Shown: positions 18,928-27,700 of the stretch, in pieces
Layout: each line of letters starts with the position of its first letter
Position numbering within the stretch: position 1 is the stretch's first letter
Origin: Myxococcota bacterium
GTDB lineage: Bacteria; Myxococcota_A; UBA796; CAJQPC01
NCBI GenBank assembly: GCA_036229005.1
Contig: JAZAMN010000050.1
Location: 42,998 to 106,997, forward strand
Direction of reading: 5' to 3'
DNA: 64,000 bases
Notes under the pieces: generated by a model
What the model was told of the DNA's origin: nothing
Database searches by the model: none
The model's input: the letters and a program-made list of their open reading frames with translations, nothing else
Translations under genes and position numbers: made by a program

Positions 18928-18959
18928 GATCTTGAACGGTGTACAAGATTCTTGTACGG
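18928..18959. promoter_or_regulatory. Phased triple half-site operator (candidate enhancer/UAS)
   Basis: CTTGAAC (18931), GTACAAG (18941) and CTTGTAC (18951) at 10-bp phasing. They form the overlapping palindromes ATCTTG-N9-CAAGAT and GTACAAGA-T-TCTTGTAC. Confidence 0.6.
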
Positions 18960-19033
18960 CCCTGGGATCGGATCCCCCGGTCCGGAGTTGAGGCCTTTCT
19001 GGGTCAGACGGTCCTCGCCGGGACCGGGTCTCG

Positions 19034-20098
19034 TCAGAGGGCGTCGACCGCAGCTTGGAGGGCGGTGAAGGGCTCGTCTGCGTCCGCCGTGATCTCCTCG
19101 ATCCTGGCGATGAACGCGAGCAGATCGCCGTCCTGCTCCTCCAGGATGGCGGCGAAGAGGGCCTCGTTGGAGTTGTAGGTCTTGAACTGGACCAGGCGCG
19201 CGTTGTTCCACTCGGTCTCGCGGACCATCTTGAGGTAGGCCTCCTGGTTGGTGAGCCCGGCGGCTTCGACCCGGCGCAGGAGCTCGGGGCCCAGCAGATC
19301 CTCCTTTCGGGCGAGCTTCTCGGCGTCGCTGAGGGTGGCGTCCTGGTACACGGCGTCCAGGTCTCCGTAGAGCCCATGGAGCAGGTCCCGGAAGCGGTCG
19401 CGGTCGGCCTGGCGCTGGATGGTAGCGAGCAGCTCGGGGTCGTGGGCGCCGCGGCGCGTCTGGAGGTAGCGCAGGGCGGAGACCTCACCGACGAAGTTGG
19501 CGTAGGACTCGTTGAACTGGACGGAGCCGGGGACCCACAGGGTGGCGTGGGCGAGCTCGTGCAGCACGGTGTCGGCCAGGCGGTAGTCGCTCCAGGCCAG
19601 CATGTCCGGGAGGATGGGGTCCTTGAACCAGCCCAGGGTCGAGTAGGCGCCGGCAGTGCGCACGTAGGTGTCCAGCCCCTCGGCCTGCAGCTTGTGCTCC
19701 AGCTCGCGCGCGTCCTGTTCGCGGAAGTAGCCCAGGTAGGGGAAGCGGCCGACGACGGGGAACCACCAGGTCTTGGGCGTGAAGGACAGGGGGTCGCAGC
19801 CGGTCACGTTCCAGATCGTGCGCTCCCACTTCCAGGCCAGGGTCTCGTAGTTGTCGGTGGCGGAGAGGCCGATCTCGGCGCCGTAGGCCTTGACGTCGGC
19901 GATGAGATCCAGGCGCTGGATCTGCGCGGGGCTGAGCACCCCCTGTTCGCGCAGCTCGGACACGGGCTCCCGAGAGGCGAGCAGCTCGGCCTGGTAGTAG
20001 CCGGAGGAGATCAGGTACCCGACCTTGCACCCGGGCACGCAGGCCAGCGCGGCGAGGCCCACCGCGAGCGCGACGATGCGCTTTCCGCGTGTGTTCAT
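19034..20098 (-). CDS. Putative zinc aminopeptidase lipoprotein
   Basis: Motifs WWFPVVGRFPYLGYF, AYSTLGWFKDP, HELAH (HExxH) and FNESYA. Lipoprotein-type N-terminus. Confidence 0.88.
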   Translation of the reverse strand: MNTRGKRIVALAVGLAALACVPGCKVGYLISSGYYQAELLASREPVSELREQGVLSPAQIQRLDLIADVKAYGAEIGLSATDNYETLAWKWERTIWNVTGCDPLSFTPKTWWFPVVGRFPYLGYFREQDARELEHKLQAEGLDTYVRTAGAYSTLGWFKDPILPDMLAWSDYRLADTVLHELAHATLWVPGSVQFNESYANFVGEVSALRYLQTRRGAHDPELLATIQRQADRDRFRDLLHGLYGDLDAVYQDATLSDAEKLARKEDLLGPELLRRVEAAGLTNQEAYLKMVRETEWNNARLVQFKTYNSNEALFAAILEEQDGDLLAFIARIEEITADADEPFTALQAAVDAL

Positions 20099-20185
20099 GT
20101 GCGAAGGTCTCCTGTCTTGTCAGCATGCCCCGAGTTGACGGGGGGCCGGTGGGGGGACACCATCCTTGTGGCAGAAGGAGCGCCT

Positions 20186-20815
20186 TTGTTTGAGCTGTTG
20201 CAGAGTGGTGGCGCCGTCATGGTGGTCATCTTCCTATTCTCCCTGGTGGGGATGGCGGCGTTCTTCGAGAGGCTCTTCGCGCTGCGGCGCGGTCGGGTCG
20301 CTCCGGAGGCGGTCACGGTCGAGGTGAAGGAGCTGGTGACCCAGGGTCGCATCCCCGACGCTCTGACCTTGTGTCGCAAGCAACCGGGTCCGTTGACGCG
20401 TGTCGTCGAGGTCATCCTGATGCAGCCCGACAAGAGCCGCGCCGAGCTCAAGGAGCTGGCGGAGGAGGTCGGGCGCCGGGAGAGCGCGGATCTGGAGCGC
20501 TTCACGGGGGTCGTGGGGATCGTCGCGAGCGTCGCGCCGCTGCTGGGCCTGCTGGGCACGGTGTGGGGCATGATCCAGACCTTCGATGTCATCCAGACCC
20601 AGGGCATGGGGCAGATCGGCCTGCTGGCCGGGGGCATCTCCACCGCGCTGGTCACGACCTTTGGCGGCCTGAGCGTGGGCATCCCGGCGCTGATCGCCCA
20701 CCGCTACCTGCTCTCGCTGGTGGATGACCTCACCCTGGAGCTGGAGGAGGCGGCGCTGTCGATCCTGGATCTGGTGACCTCGCATGCGGGCGAAGGTGCA
20801 CAGGAGTCCGAGTGA
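20186..20815 (+). CDS. exbB: MotA/TolQ/ExbB proton channel family protein
   Basis: APLLGLLGTVWGMI, LAGGISTALVTT and GLSVGIPA. TTG start after AAGGAG. Confidence 0.9.
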   Translation: MFELLQSGGAVMVVIFLFSLVGMAAFFERLFALRRGRVAPEAVTVEVKELVTQGRIPDALTLCRKQPGPLTRVVEVILMQPDKSRAELKELAEEVGRRESADLERFTGVVGIVASVAPLLGLLGTVWGMIQTFDVIQTQGMGQIGLLAGGISTALVTTFGGLSVGIPALIAHRYLLSLVDDLTLELEEAALSILDLVTSHAGEGAQESE

Positions 20816-21252
20816 ACTTCAAGCGCCAGCGGAGGGACGAGACGCGCGTCGACCTCACCCCCCTCATCGACATCATCTTCCAGCTCGTGCTGTTCTTCAT
20901 GGTGTCGACGACCTTCATCACGGCGCCCGGGATCCAGGTGGATCTCCCCCGCAGCTCCGCGCAGCAGATCCTGCAGGACAGCTCGGACATCAACATCTGG
21001 ATGGGCAACCAGGGCGAGGTGTTCGTGGACGACCAGCCCGTGGACTGGGAGGCGCTGGATGCACGGCTGCAGACCGCGAGCGCGGACCCGCAGACCCTGG
21101 TCATCATCAAGGCGGACACGGACGTGGACCACGGTCGGGTGGTGCGGGTGATGGACCTGGCGCGCTCCAAGGGGCTGTCCCGGCTGGCCATCGCGACGGA
21201 CCCGGGGACCGGCGGGGGAGGGGAGCCCAGCGGCGGCTCCGACGAGGAATAG
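20812..21252 (+). CDS. exbD: ExbD/TolR biopolymer transport protein
   Basis: DLTPLIDIIFQLVLFFMV, VDLP and IKADTDVDHGRVVRVMD. GTGA overlap with exbB. Confidence 0.92.
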   Translation: MNFKRQRRDETRVDLTPLIDIIFQLVLFFMVSTTFITAPGIQVDLPRSSAQQILQDSSDINIWMGNQGEVFVDDQPVDWEALDARLQTASADPQTLVIIKADTDVDHGRVVRVMDLARSKGLSRLAIATDPGTGGGGEPSGGSDEE

Positions 21253-21274
21253 TCCCTCAGCAAGGATCCGCATC

Positions 21275-21302
21275 TTGACGTGACAAGAGGGCTTGCTACG
21301 GT
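21275..21302 (+). promoter_or_regulatory. Sigma70-type promoter, apparently leaderless, for the FtsB-like gene
   Basis: TTGACG, 16-bp spacer, TGc-TACGGT, then 6 nt to GTG 21309. Confidence 0.55.
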
Positions 21303-21308
21303 AGGGCT

Positions 21309-21623
21309 GTGAAGCCGCCTGCATCCCTCAACTCCACGCTCGTCCGCCGCCTGCTCCTGGGGGCGGTGCCCTTCACTCTGATGGGCGCGGTGGTGTTGAT
21401 GACGATCTTCGGGGATCACGGGCTGGTGCGCCGACACGAGCTCCGCCAGGAGAAGCGGGCCGTGGACGCGCGCACCCAGCAGCTCCAGCGGGAGAACCTG
21501 GCGCTCAAGCGGGAGATCCAGATCCTGGAGCAGGAGCCCATCGGGGCGCGCCGCCTGGCCGCACAGGAGCTGCTGGTCGCGCAGCCTGGCTCCACCATCT
21601 ACCGCTTCGAAGAGAGCGAGTAG
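21309..21623 (+). CDS. Septum formation initiator (FtsB/DivIC) family protein
   Basis: TM helix, FGDHGL, coiled coil LQRENLALKREIQIL, and ELLVAQPGSTIYRF. Confidence 0.8.
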   Translation: MKPPASLNSTLVRRLLLGAVPFTLMGAVVLMTIFGDHGLVRRHELRQEKRAVDARTQQLQRENLALKREIQILEQEPIGARRLAAQELLVAQPGSTIYRFEESE

Positions 21624-21771
21624 ACGCCAGCCGCGGGGGCGGGAGACAGAGTCCTCACGCCCTGCGAACGCGCCGACGTGGTGGGGACTTACAGCCTTTT
21701 CTGCCAAGTGTTCTTTGCAAACCCTGGACGATTTCCATGGTCGCAAGAGGGAGCCAGAAAAGGAGGCTCCC

Positions 21772-23745
21772 ATGCGCTCGATGACTCTCTTTGTACCGCT
21801 CTCACTCCTCGCCCTCTCCGCCTGCTCTGAGAACCGCCCCGCCGGCGAGGACATTCCGGCCGCGACCGCGGTGGCGCCGACCGGTGGCCTGGAGTCCCAG
21901 GACCCGGCGCAGACCCAGGCAGCCGAGGCAGCCCTCCGCGAGGACGCGGGGGCGGCCGGTCCCGAGGCTCCCGCTTCCGAGGCCCCCGCTCTCAAGGACA
22001 TCGAGCGGCTGGCAGTGGAGGCGGAGAAGGCCCCCATGGAGCCGGCGGCGCCTGCGCCGGAGATGGATGTGGGCGTCCTGGATGGGCTGGATGCGTCCTC
22101 CGATCTGGGTGGCTCCGATCTGGGTGGTATCTCCGGGTTGGTCGGGGCGAAGGGCTCCGGGGCGTCCCTGGGCTCGCGGGGCTCCGGGCTGGGGGGCGGG
22201 GGCACGGCAGAGGGGCTGGGCGGGCTGGGAACCTCCGGACGGGGACGGGGGACCGCGAGCTTCGGGGCGAAGTCCGAGGCGGCCAAGGAGAGCCGCACCG
22301 CGGCGCCCGCAGACCGGGTCGCCCACAACGTGCAGGTGCCCGCTGAGCAGGCCAAGGCGGGTGAGGGCTACAAGAACTACGGCGTGAACGACATGACCCT
22401 GGTCGAGAAGGACCGCTTCTCCACCTTCGCGGTCGACGTGGACACGGCGTCCTACAGCATCACCCGGCGCAAGCTGAACGAGGGGATGCTGCCGCCGCAG
22501 GCCTCGGTGCGGGTCGAAGAGTTCGTGAACGCGTTCGACTACGGCTACCGCGCCCCGGAGCAGGGCTCGGATGCGCCCTTCGCGGTGCACATGGAGGCGG
22601 CGCCGTCTCCCTTTGAGCCCAACCACCACCTGGTGCGGGTGGGCGTGAAGGGCATGGAGGTGACCGACCGGCAGCCCGTGCACCTGACCTTCCTGGTGGA
22701 CACCTCGGGGTCGATGCAGAGCGCCGACAAGCTCTACCTGGCGCAGGACGCGATGATGGAGCTCGTGGAGAACCTGGGCCCCCAGGACACCGTCGCGCTC
22801 GCGACCTACGCGGGGGACACCCGGCGCGTGCTGGAGCCCACCTCGGCCTCCCGGGCCAGCCGCATCAACTCGGCCATCCGCTCCCTGACCGCTGGGGGCG
22901 GGACGGCCATGTCCAACGGCATGGAGGTGGCCTACGAAATGGCCAGCGAGTCCTACGTCCACGGCCACGAGAACCGGGTCATCGTGCTCTCGGACGGCGA
23001 CGCGAACATCGGGCGCACCAGCCACCAGGAGATCCTGGCGACCGTCCAGCACCACGCCGAGGAGGGCATCACCCTGACCACGGTGGGCCTGGGCATGGGC
23101 AACTACCAGGACACCATGATGGAGCAGCTCGCGAACAAGGGCGACGGCAACTACTTCTACGTGGACTCGCGCAAGGAGGCCTCGGAGATCTTCGGGGAGA
23201 AGCTCTCCGGCACTCTGGTGACCATCGCCAAGGATGTGAAGATCCAGGTGGAGTTCAACCCCGAGGCGGTCATCGGCTACCGCCTGGTCGGGTACGAGAA
23301 CCGCGATGTGGCGGACGTGGACTTCCGGAACGACCGGGTGGACGCCGGTGAGATCGGCTCCGGACACTCCGTGACCGCGCTCTACGACGTGATCCTGGCG
23401 GACGACGTGGGTGAGGTGGAGCTGGCCACCGTGCGGCTGCGGGCCAAGAAGCCCGGGCCCGACAGCGCCGCGAAGGAGTGGGCGACCGTGTTCTCGCCGG
23501 ACCTGCTGCACGCGGAGCTGGGGGACGCCAGCGCGAGCTTCCGACTGTCCGTGGCCGTGGCGTCCTTCGCCGAGCTGCTGCGTGGGAGCCCTTACGCCGC
23601 CGAGCTGCGCTACAGCGACGTGCTGAGTCTGGCCGAGGGGGCGACTCTGCGCGGGGTCGAGGAGCACGCCGAGCTGCTCGGGCTCATCCGCAAGGCGGCC
23701 CGGCTCTCCGGGGACGGCGGAGATCAGGTCCTCGTCACCCGTTGA
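21772..23745 (+). CDS. YfbK-like VWA domain lipoprotein (vWF_A + VWA + DUF3520)
   Basis: AGGAGG SD and lipobox LSAC. Motifs STFAVDVDTASY, VRVEEFVNAF, DTSGSM (MIDAS), LSDGDAN, TIAKDVKIQVEFNP and YRLVGYENR. Confidence 0.9.
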   Translation: MRSMTLFVPLSLLALSACSENRPAGEDIPAATAVAPTGGLESQDPAQTQAAEAALREDAGAAGPEAPASEAPALKDIERLAVEAEKAPMEPAAPAPEMDVGVLDGLDASSDLGGSDLGGISGLVGAKGSGASLGSRGSGLGGGGTAEGLGGLGTSGRGRGTASFGAKSEAAKESRTAAPADRVAHNVQVPAEQAKAGEGYKNYGVNDMTLVEKDRFSTFAVDVDTASYSITRRKLNEGMLPPQASVRVEEFVNAFDYGYRAPEQGSDAPFAVHMEAAPSPFEPNHHLVRVGVKGMEVTDRQPVHLTFLVDTSGSMQSADKLYLAQDAMMELVENLGPQDTVALATYAGDTRRVLEPTSASRASRINSAIRSLTAGGGTAMSNGMEVAYEMASESYVHGHENRVIVLSDGDANIGRTSHQEILATVQHHAEEGITLTTVGLGMGNYQDTMMEQLANKGDGNYFYVDSRKEASEIFGEKLSGTLVTIAKDVKIQVEFNPEAVIGYRLVGYENRDVADVDFRNDRVDAGEIGSGHSVTALYDVILADDVGEVELATVRLRAKKPGPDSAAKEWATVFSPDLLHAELGDASASFRLSVAVASFAELLRGSPYAAELRYSDVLSLAEGATLRGVEEHAELLGLIRKAARLSGDGGDQVLVTR

Positions 23746-23790
23746 CGGCAGGGGCCACCTGCTGGGATAGGTTTTCCCCAGGAGGTGGCC

Positions 23791-24048
23791 ATGCCCCGCG
23801 AGCAACTCAAGAAGGAGCTCTCCGCCCTGCACCAGGAGATGGAGAAGCTGGACGGAATCACCGATGACCGGCGCCAGCAGATCGAGGACGTCGCGCGCGC
23901 GGTCGGCGCGGTCAGCAACGGCGCGCAGCCCGGAGAGGCCCTGGTGGCCGAGATCGAGGAGCGGGTGATGGTGTTCGACAACGAGCACCCGCAGCTCTCC
24001 GCGGTGCTGCGCCGCCTGGTCTCCGCGCTGTCGGCCATCGGGGCCTGA
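23791..24048 (+). CDS. DUF4404-like small protein
   Basis: MPREQLKKELSALHQE...FDNEHPQLSAVLRRLVSALSAIG. GGAGG SD. Confidence 0.75.
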   Translation: MPREQLKKELSALHQEMEKLDGITDDRRQQIEDVARAVGAVSNGAQPGEALVAEIEERVMVFDNEHPQLSAVLRRLVSALSAIGA

Positions 24049-24057
24049 GAAAAAGTA

Positions 24058-24096
24058 CCTGAACGGATTGACAGGTGAACGGGGTTCCAGTACAAG
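24058..24096 (+). promoter_or_regulatory. lexA promoter with two tandem LexA (SOS) boxes
   Basis: TTGACA at 24068-24073, 17-bp spacer, weak -10 TACAAG. Overlapped by CCTGAACGGATTGACAG (24058-24074) and GGTGAACGGGGTTCCAG (24074-24090). Confidence 0.7.
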
Positions 24097-24123
24097 AAAT
24101 GCAGCTTGGAACTGGAGGCCCAC

Positions 24124-24759
24124 GTGGAAGACCTTTCGCCCCGTCAGCAGGAGATCATGGAGTACGTCTCGGCGTGCTTCGACCAGCGCGGCATCGCGCC
24201 GTCGTACCGGGAGATCGGGGACGCGCTGGGCATCCGCTCCACCAACGGCGTCGCTGACCACGTCAAGGCGCTGATCCGCAAGGGCTACCTGGAGCGCGTC
24301 GGTGGCGCCGGGCGGGCGCGCAGTCTGCGCATGACCACCAAGGCCAAGGGCAACCTGCACGAAGAGGCGACGGTCGGTCTCCCGTTGCTGGGCCGGGTGG
24401 CCGCGGGCTCTCCGACCCTGGCGGTGGAAGATGCGGAGGAGATCGTGCGCGTGGACCGCAGCCTGGTGCCCGCTGGCAAGGCCTGCTTTGGCCTCCGGGT
24501 GCACGGCGAGTCCATGATCGAGGACGGCATCCTGGACGGTGACATCGTGATCGTCCAGAAGCAGCCGGAGCTCCGCAACGGTCAGACCGGCGTGGTGATG
24601 GTGGACGGAGACGTCACGGTCAAGCGGGTCTACAAGGAGAAGGGCCTGCTGCGGCTGGTCCCGGCGAACTCCAGCATGGAGGACATCCTGGTGGATCCCG
24701 GCCTGAACCCCGAGGTCGTCGGGAAGGTCATCGCCCTGATCCGGCCCAACATCTACTGA
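24124..24759 (+). CDS. lexA: SOS response repressor LexA
   Basis: LSPRQQEI, PSYREIG, VAAG cleavage site, GESM (Ser) and TVKR (Lys). GTG start after GGAGG. Confidence 0.95.
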   Translation: MEDLSPRQQEIMEYVSACFDQRGIAPSYREIGDALGIRSTNGVADHVKALIRKGYLERVGGAGRARSLRMTTKAKGNLHEEATVGLPLLGRVAAGSPTLAVEDAEEIVRVDRSLVPAGKACFGLRVHGESMIEDGILDGDIVIVQKQPELRNGQTGVVMVDGDVTVKRVYKEKGLLRLVPANSSMEDILVDPGLNPEVVGKVIALIRPNIY

Positions 24760-24857
24760 GCCCCGGGCCTGGGCATCGCGCGGTCGGGTGTGGTGCTGGC
24801 AGGCATCTGGTGGGGGGCACTCCAGAGGCGGGAAGCGGCGGGCGGTAGACTCCCCAG

Positions 24858-26339
24858 ATGGAGCCTGCGCCCATTCCAGAACTCTCCTTGGAGCCCCGGC
24901 CGGCCGCGGGTCGTGGGCTGTTGGCGGAGCTCGCGGTGACGATGGGCTTGGGGGCGCTCGCGGTCGTCCTCCTCAACACCACGCTCTTCTGGCTGCTCGG
25001 ACAGCAGCTGGAGCTGGAGCGCCGCGAGGAGCTGACCCGGGCATCGGCCACCGCGCTGGCCGCCCAGCTCGAGTTGGAGGGGAGCGTGGACCGGCAGGCC
25101 GCCATGCTCCAGGCCTTCAACCAACAGGGACTGCAGCTACAGGAGCTTTGGCTCTACCGCCCGCAAGGGACGGACATCGTGGTGCTGGGCATGCCGCCTG
25201 GGGCACCGGACGAGGGGCTCAAGCAGGCCCTCAACATGGGGAGGGAACATGTGCGCGCTGCGCGGGGGGAGTCGGTGACCGTCACGGTGCCCGTGGGCAT
25301 GGCCTCCGGCCAGGGGGCGCTGCGCGTCCAGGTCCGCAACGACGGGCACGGCCTGGTCTCGCCGGGGCTCGGGCTGGTCCTGAGCTTCTCGGTGGGGACG
25401 GGGCTGGCGCTCGCGCTGGGAGGCTTCGTGGTGGTGCGCCGGCGACTGCTCGCCCCTGTCCAGGCCCTCACGCGGGCCACGGAGCGCATCGCGGGGGGAG
25501 ACTTCGGGCACACGACCCAGCTCCGGGCGGTGCGGGAGCTGGGCGACATGGCGGGCGCGCTGAACGTGATGTCGGTGTCCCTGGCGGCCTACCGCAGCCG
25601 GACCCGGGAGCAGGTCGCCGATCTGGAGCAGGCCAACGCTGAGCTCAAGTCCGCGCAGGAGGAGCTGATCCGTGCTGCTCGGCTGGCGAGCGTGGGTGGG
25701 CTGGCCGCGGGCATCGCGCACGAGGTGGGCAACCCCCTGGCGGCGGTGGTCGGCTACACGGAGCTGCTGCTGGATGGGGTGGGGGACGCACAGGTCGAGC
25801 GGGACCTGCTCTTGCGCACGCAGAAGGAGCTCGGGCGCATCCACGCCATCATCCGCCAACTATTGGACTACGCGCGGCCGACCCCGGGCCGGCGGGTCGA
25901 GCGGAGCGCGGTGGAGTGCATTCAGGACGCGCTGGCGACCGTGCAGCCCCTCCCTCGCTTTGCCGGGGTGTCTCTACGGAGTCGGGTGGAGCCCAGCCTG
26001 CCCGGCTTGGTGGAGGAGGAAGGGCGACTGCACCAGGTCCTCCTCAACCTGCTCCTGAACGCGCGGGATGCGATGGGAGGAGAAGGGACCGTGGTGCTGT
26101 ACGCCAAGGCCCACCCCCTGGGGCTGGAGTTCGGCTGCCAGGACAGCGGACCCGGTTTCCCCGGCGAGGTCATCGGCAGGGTCTTCGAGCCCTTCGTGAG
26201 TACCAAAGAGGCTGGCAAGGGCACCGGGCTTGGGCTTGCGACCTGCCAGCGCATCGTGGAGATGGCTGGAGGAGAGATCCAGGCCAGGAACCTGCCGCAG
26301 GGCGGCGCCGAGGTGAGCTTCACGTGGCCCGGCGCCTGA
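24858..26339 (+). CDS. Membrane sensor histidine kinase (HAMP-HisKA-HATPase)
   Basis: Two TM segments, HAMP, AHEVGNPL, NLLLNARDA, DSGPG, FEPFVSTK and GTGLGL. Confidence 0.93.
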   Translation: MEPAPIPELSLEPRPAAGRGLLAELAVTMGLGALAVVLLNTTLFWLLGQQLELERREELTRASATALAAQLELEGSVDRQAAMLQAFNQQGLQLQELWLYRPQGTDIVVLGMPPGAPDEGLKQALNMGREHVRAARGESVTVTVPVGMASGQGALRVQVRNDGHGLVSPGLGLVLSFSVGTGLALALGGFVVVRRRLLAPVQALTRATERIAGGDFGHTTQLRAVRELGDMAGALNVMSVSLAAYRSRTREQVADLEQANAELKSAQEELIRAARLASVGGLAAGIAHEVGNPLAAVVGYTELLLDGVGDAQVERDLLLRTQKELGRIHAIIRQLLDYARPTPGRRVERSAVECIQDALATVQPLPRFAGVSLRSRVEPSLPGLVEEEGRLHQVLLNLLLNARDAMGGEGTVVLYAKAHPLGLEFGCQDSGPGFPGEVIGRVFEPFVSTKEAGKGTGLGLATCQRIVEMAGGEIQARNLPQGGAEVSFTWPGA

Positions 26340-27700
26340 ACATCTGGGCCACGTTGGTGGTGCTGCTCGCGCTGGGGCTTCGTCTCTGGCGTGCAGCGCT
26401 GCGCTGGGACGAGATCGCGCTGGCCTATGCGGCCTACATCCAGCCGGTGGTGGAGCAGGGCTGGGGCTTCGTGGGGCTGCACCCGCCGCTCTATGCCTGG
26501 ATCCTGGAGCTGCTGGACAAGGCGTGGGGGGCGCCGGCGGCCTGGCTGATCTGGGGAGCGGTCTGCAGCACCGGAGCGGTAGCGCTGTTGGCCTACCGGG
26601 TGCACCCGCTGCCGGCCCTGGTGTTGGCCCTTGATCCCTTCCAACTCGCCTACGCGGCCGAAGTGAACAACTACCCGCTGCTCTGCTTCGCGGTCGCGTG
26701 GATCGTGGTGGCCCGGCACCGGCTGGAGCAGGGCGGGCACTGGGTGTGGCTGGTGCTCGCGGGCCTGGTTGCGAGCTGGACGCATCTGCTGGGCGGGTGG
26801 ATCGCGGGGATCGCGTGGCTCACCCTGGGCCCGCGCCGCTGGCGCCTGGTGCTGCTGGGACTGGGGACGCTCTTGGTTGGAGCGCTGCCTTTCTGGGGGC
26901 CGGTGACCGCGCTGATGGGGCTGGAGACCACGCGCTCACAGGGTGGACTGGAGCTGCGCACCCTCTGGGAGCGGCTCTGGCCGGTCGCGGGGCCCACTGT
27001 GGGGCTGTTCGTGGTGGCGCTGGGGGCGCTGCGCCGCTGGGAGGGCCAGCTCTTCGCGGGCTGCCTTTTGGGGCTGGTGCTGGCGCTGGTCGGGGGCGCG
27101 GCGGCGTCCCATCAGCTTCCCTACTGGGTGGTGCTCGGTGCCCCCGCTGCGGTGGCTGTCTGGCGGGTGCTGCCTTGGGCGACGGTGCTCCTTGCCGGGG
27201 TGGGGGCCATGCAGACGCTCCCTGGAGAGCTGGAGCGCACCCAGCGGCTCCGGGCGGATCTCGCGCGGACGCGGGCGATCGACGTGGCCCTGCGCAGCGT
27301 CCCGCCGGACTGGCCCCTCTGGCTGGTCTCGCCCGCCTGGCTCACGGACGATGACAAGACCGCCACCAGCGATGTGCTCTGGCGCTTCTCGCCCTTCCGG
27401 CCCATGCCGGCGGTGACCAACCTGCACGACTACGTCGATCCCCGGGCCGGCCAGCCGCGGCGGATGCAGGGGCGCATCGTCCACACCAGCGTCAACCTGG
27501 AGACCCTGGTGGTGCACCCGGTGATCCGGCAGCACCTGGAGCGCTACGGGGGTGTGGGCATCGTGCTCTACGACCACGGCTACGCGAACGACTACCCGGG
27601 GATGGTGAAGTCCGCGCTGCGGCCCTTCGACCCCACCTGCACCTGGATCGGAGACGACGTCGGCATCGGCCAGGACCTCTTCTGCGAGGTGCGGCGATGA
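26324..27700 (+). CDS. Polytopic membrane protein, GT-C fold glycosyltransferase-like
   Basis: First TM followed by LRWDE and HPPLY, then YAAEVNNYPL, many TMs and a soluble C-terminal domain. Start GTG 26324 is inferred. Confidence 0.6.
   Translation: MARRLNIWATLVVLLALGLRLWRAALRWDEIALAYAAYIQPVVEQGWGFVGLHPPLYAWILELLDKAWGAPAAWLIWGAVCSTGAVALLAYRVHPLPALVLALDPFQLAYAAEVNNYPLLCFAVAWIVVARHRLEQGGHWVWLVLAGLVASWTHLLGGWIAGIAWLTLGPRRWRLVLLGLGTLLVGALPFWGPVTALMGLETTRSQGGLELRTLWERLWPVAGPTVGLFVVALGALRRWEGQLFAGCLLGLVLALVGGAAASHQLPYWVVLGAPAAVAVWRVLPWATVLLAGVGAMQTLPGELERTQRLRADLARTRAIDVALRSVPPDWPLWLVSPAWLTDDDKTATSDVLWRFSPFRPMPAVTNLHDYVDPRAGQPRRMQGRIVHTSVNLETLVVHPVIRQHLERYGGVGIVLYDHGYANDYPGMVKSALRPFDPTCTWIGDDVGIGQDLFCEVRR

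Noticed and set aside
18928..18959. Palindrome as a LexA box
   Set aside because: Half-site spacing and sequence do not fit the box seen at lexA. It is better explained as a sigma54 activator site.
22098..22127. 15-bp direct repeat CTCCGATCTGGGTGG
   Set aside because: A simple in-frame duplication (SDLGG x2) in a low-complexity linker.
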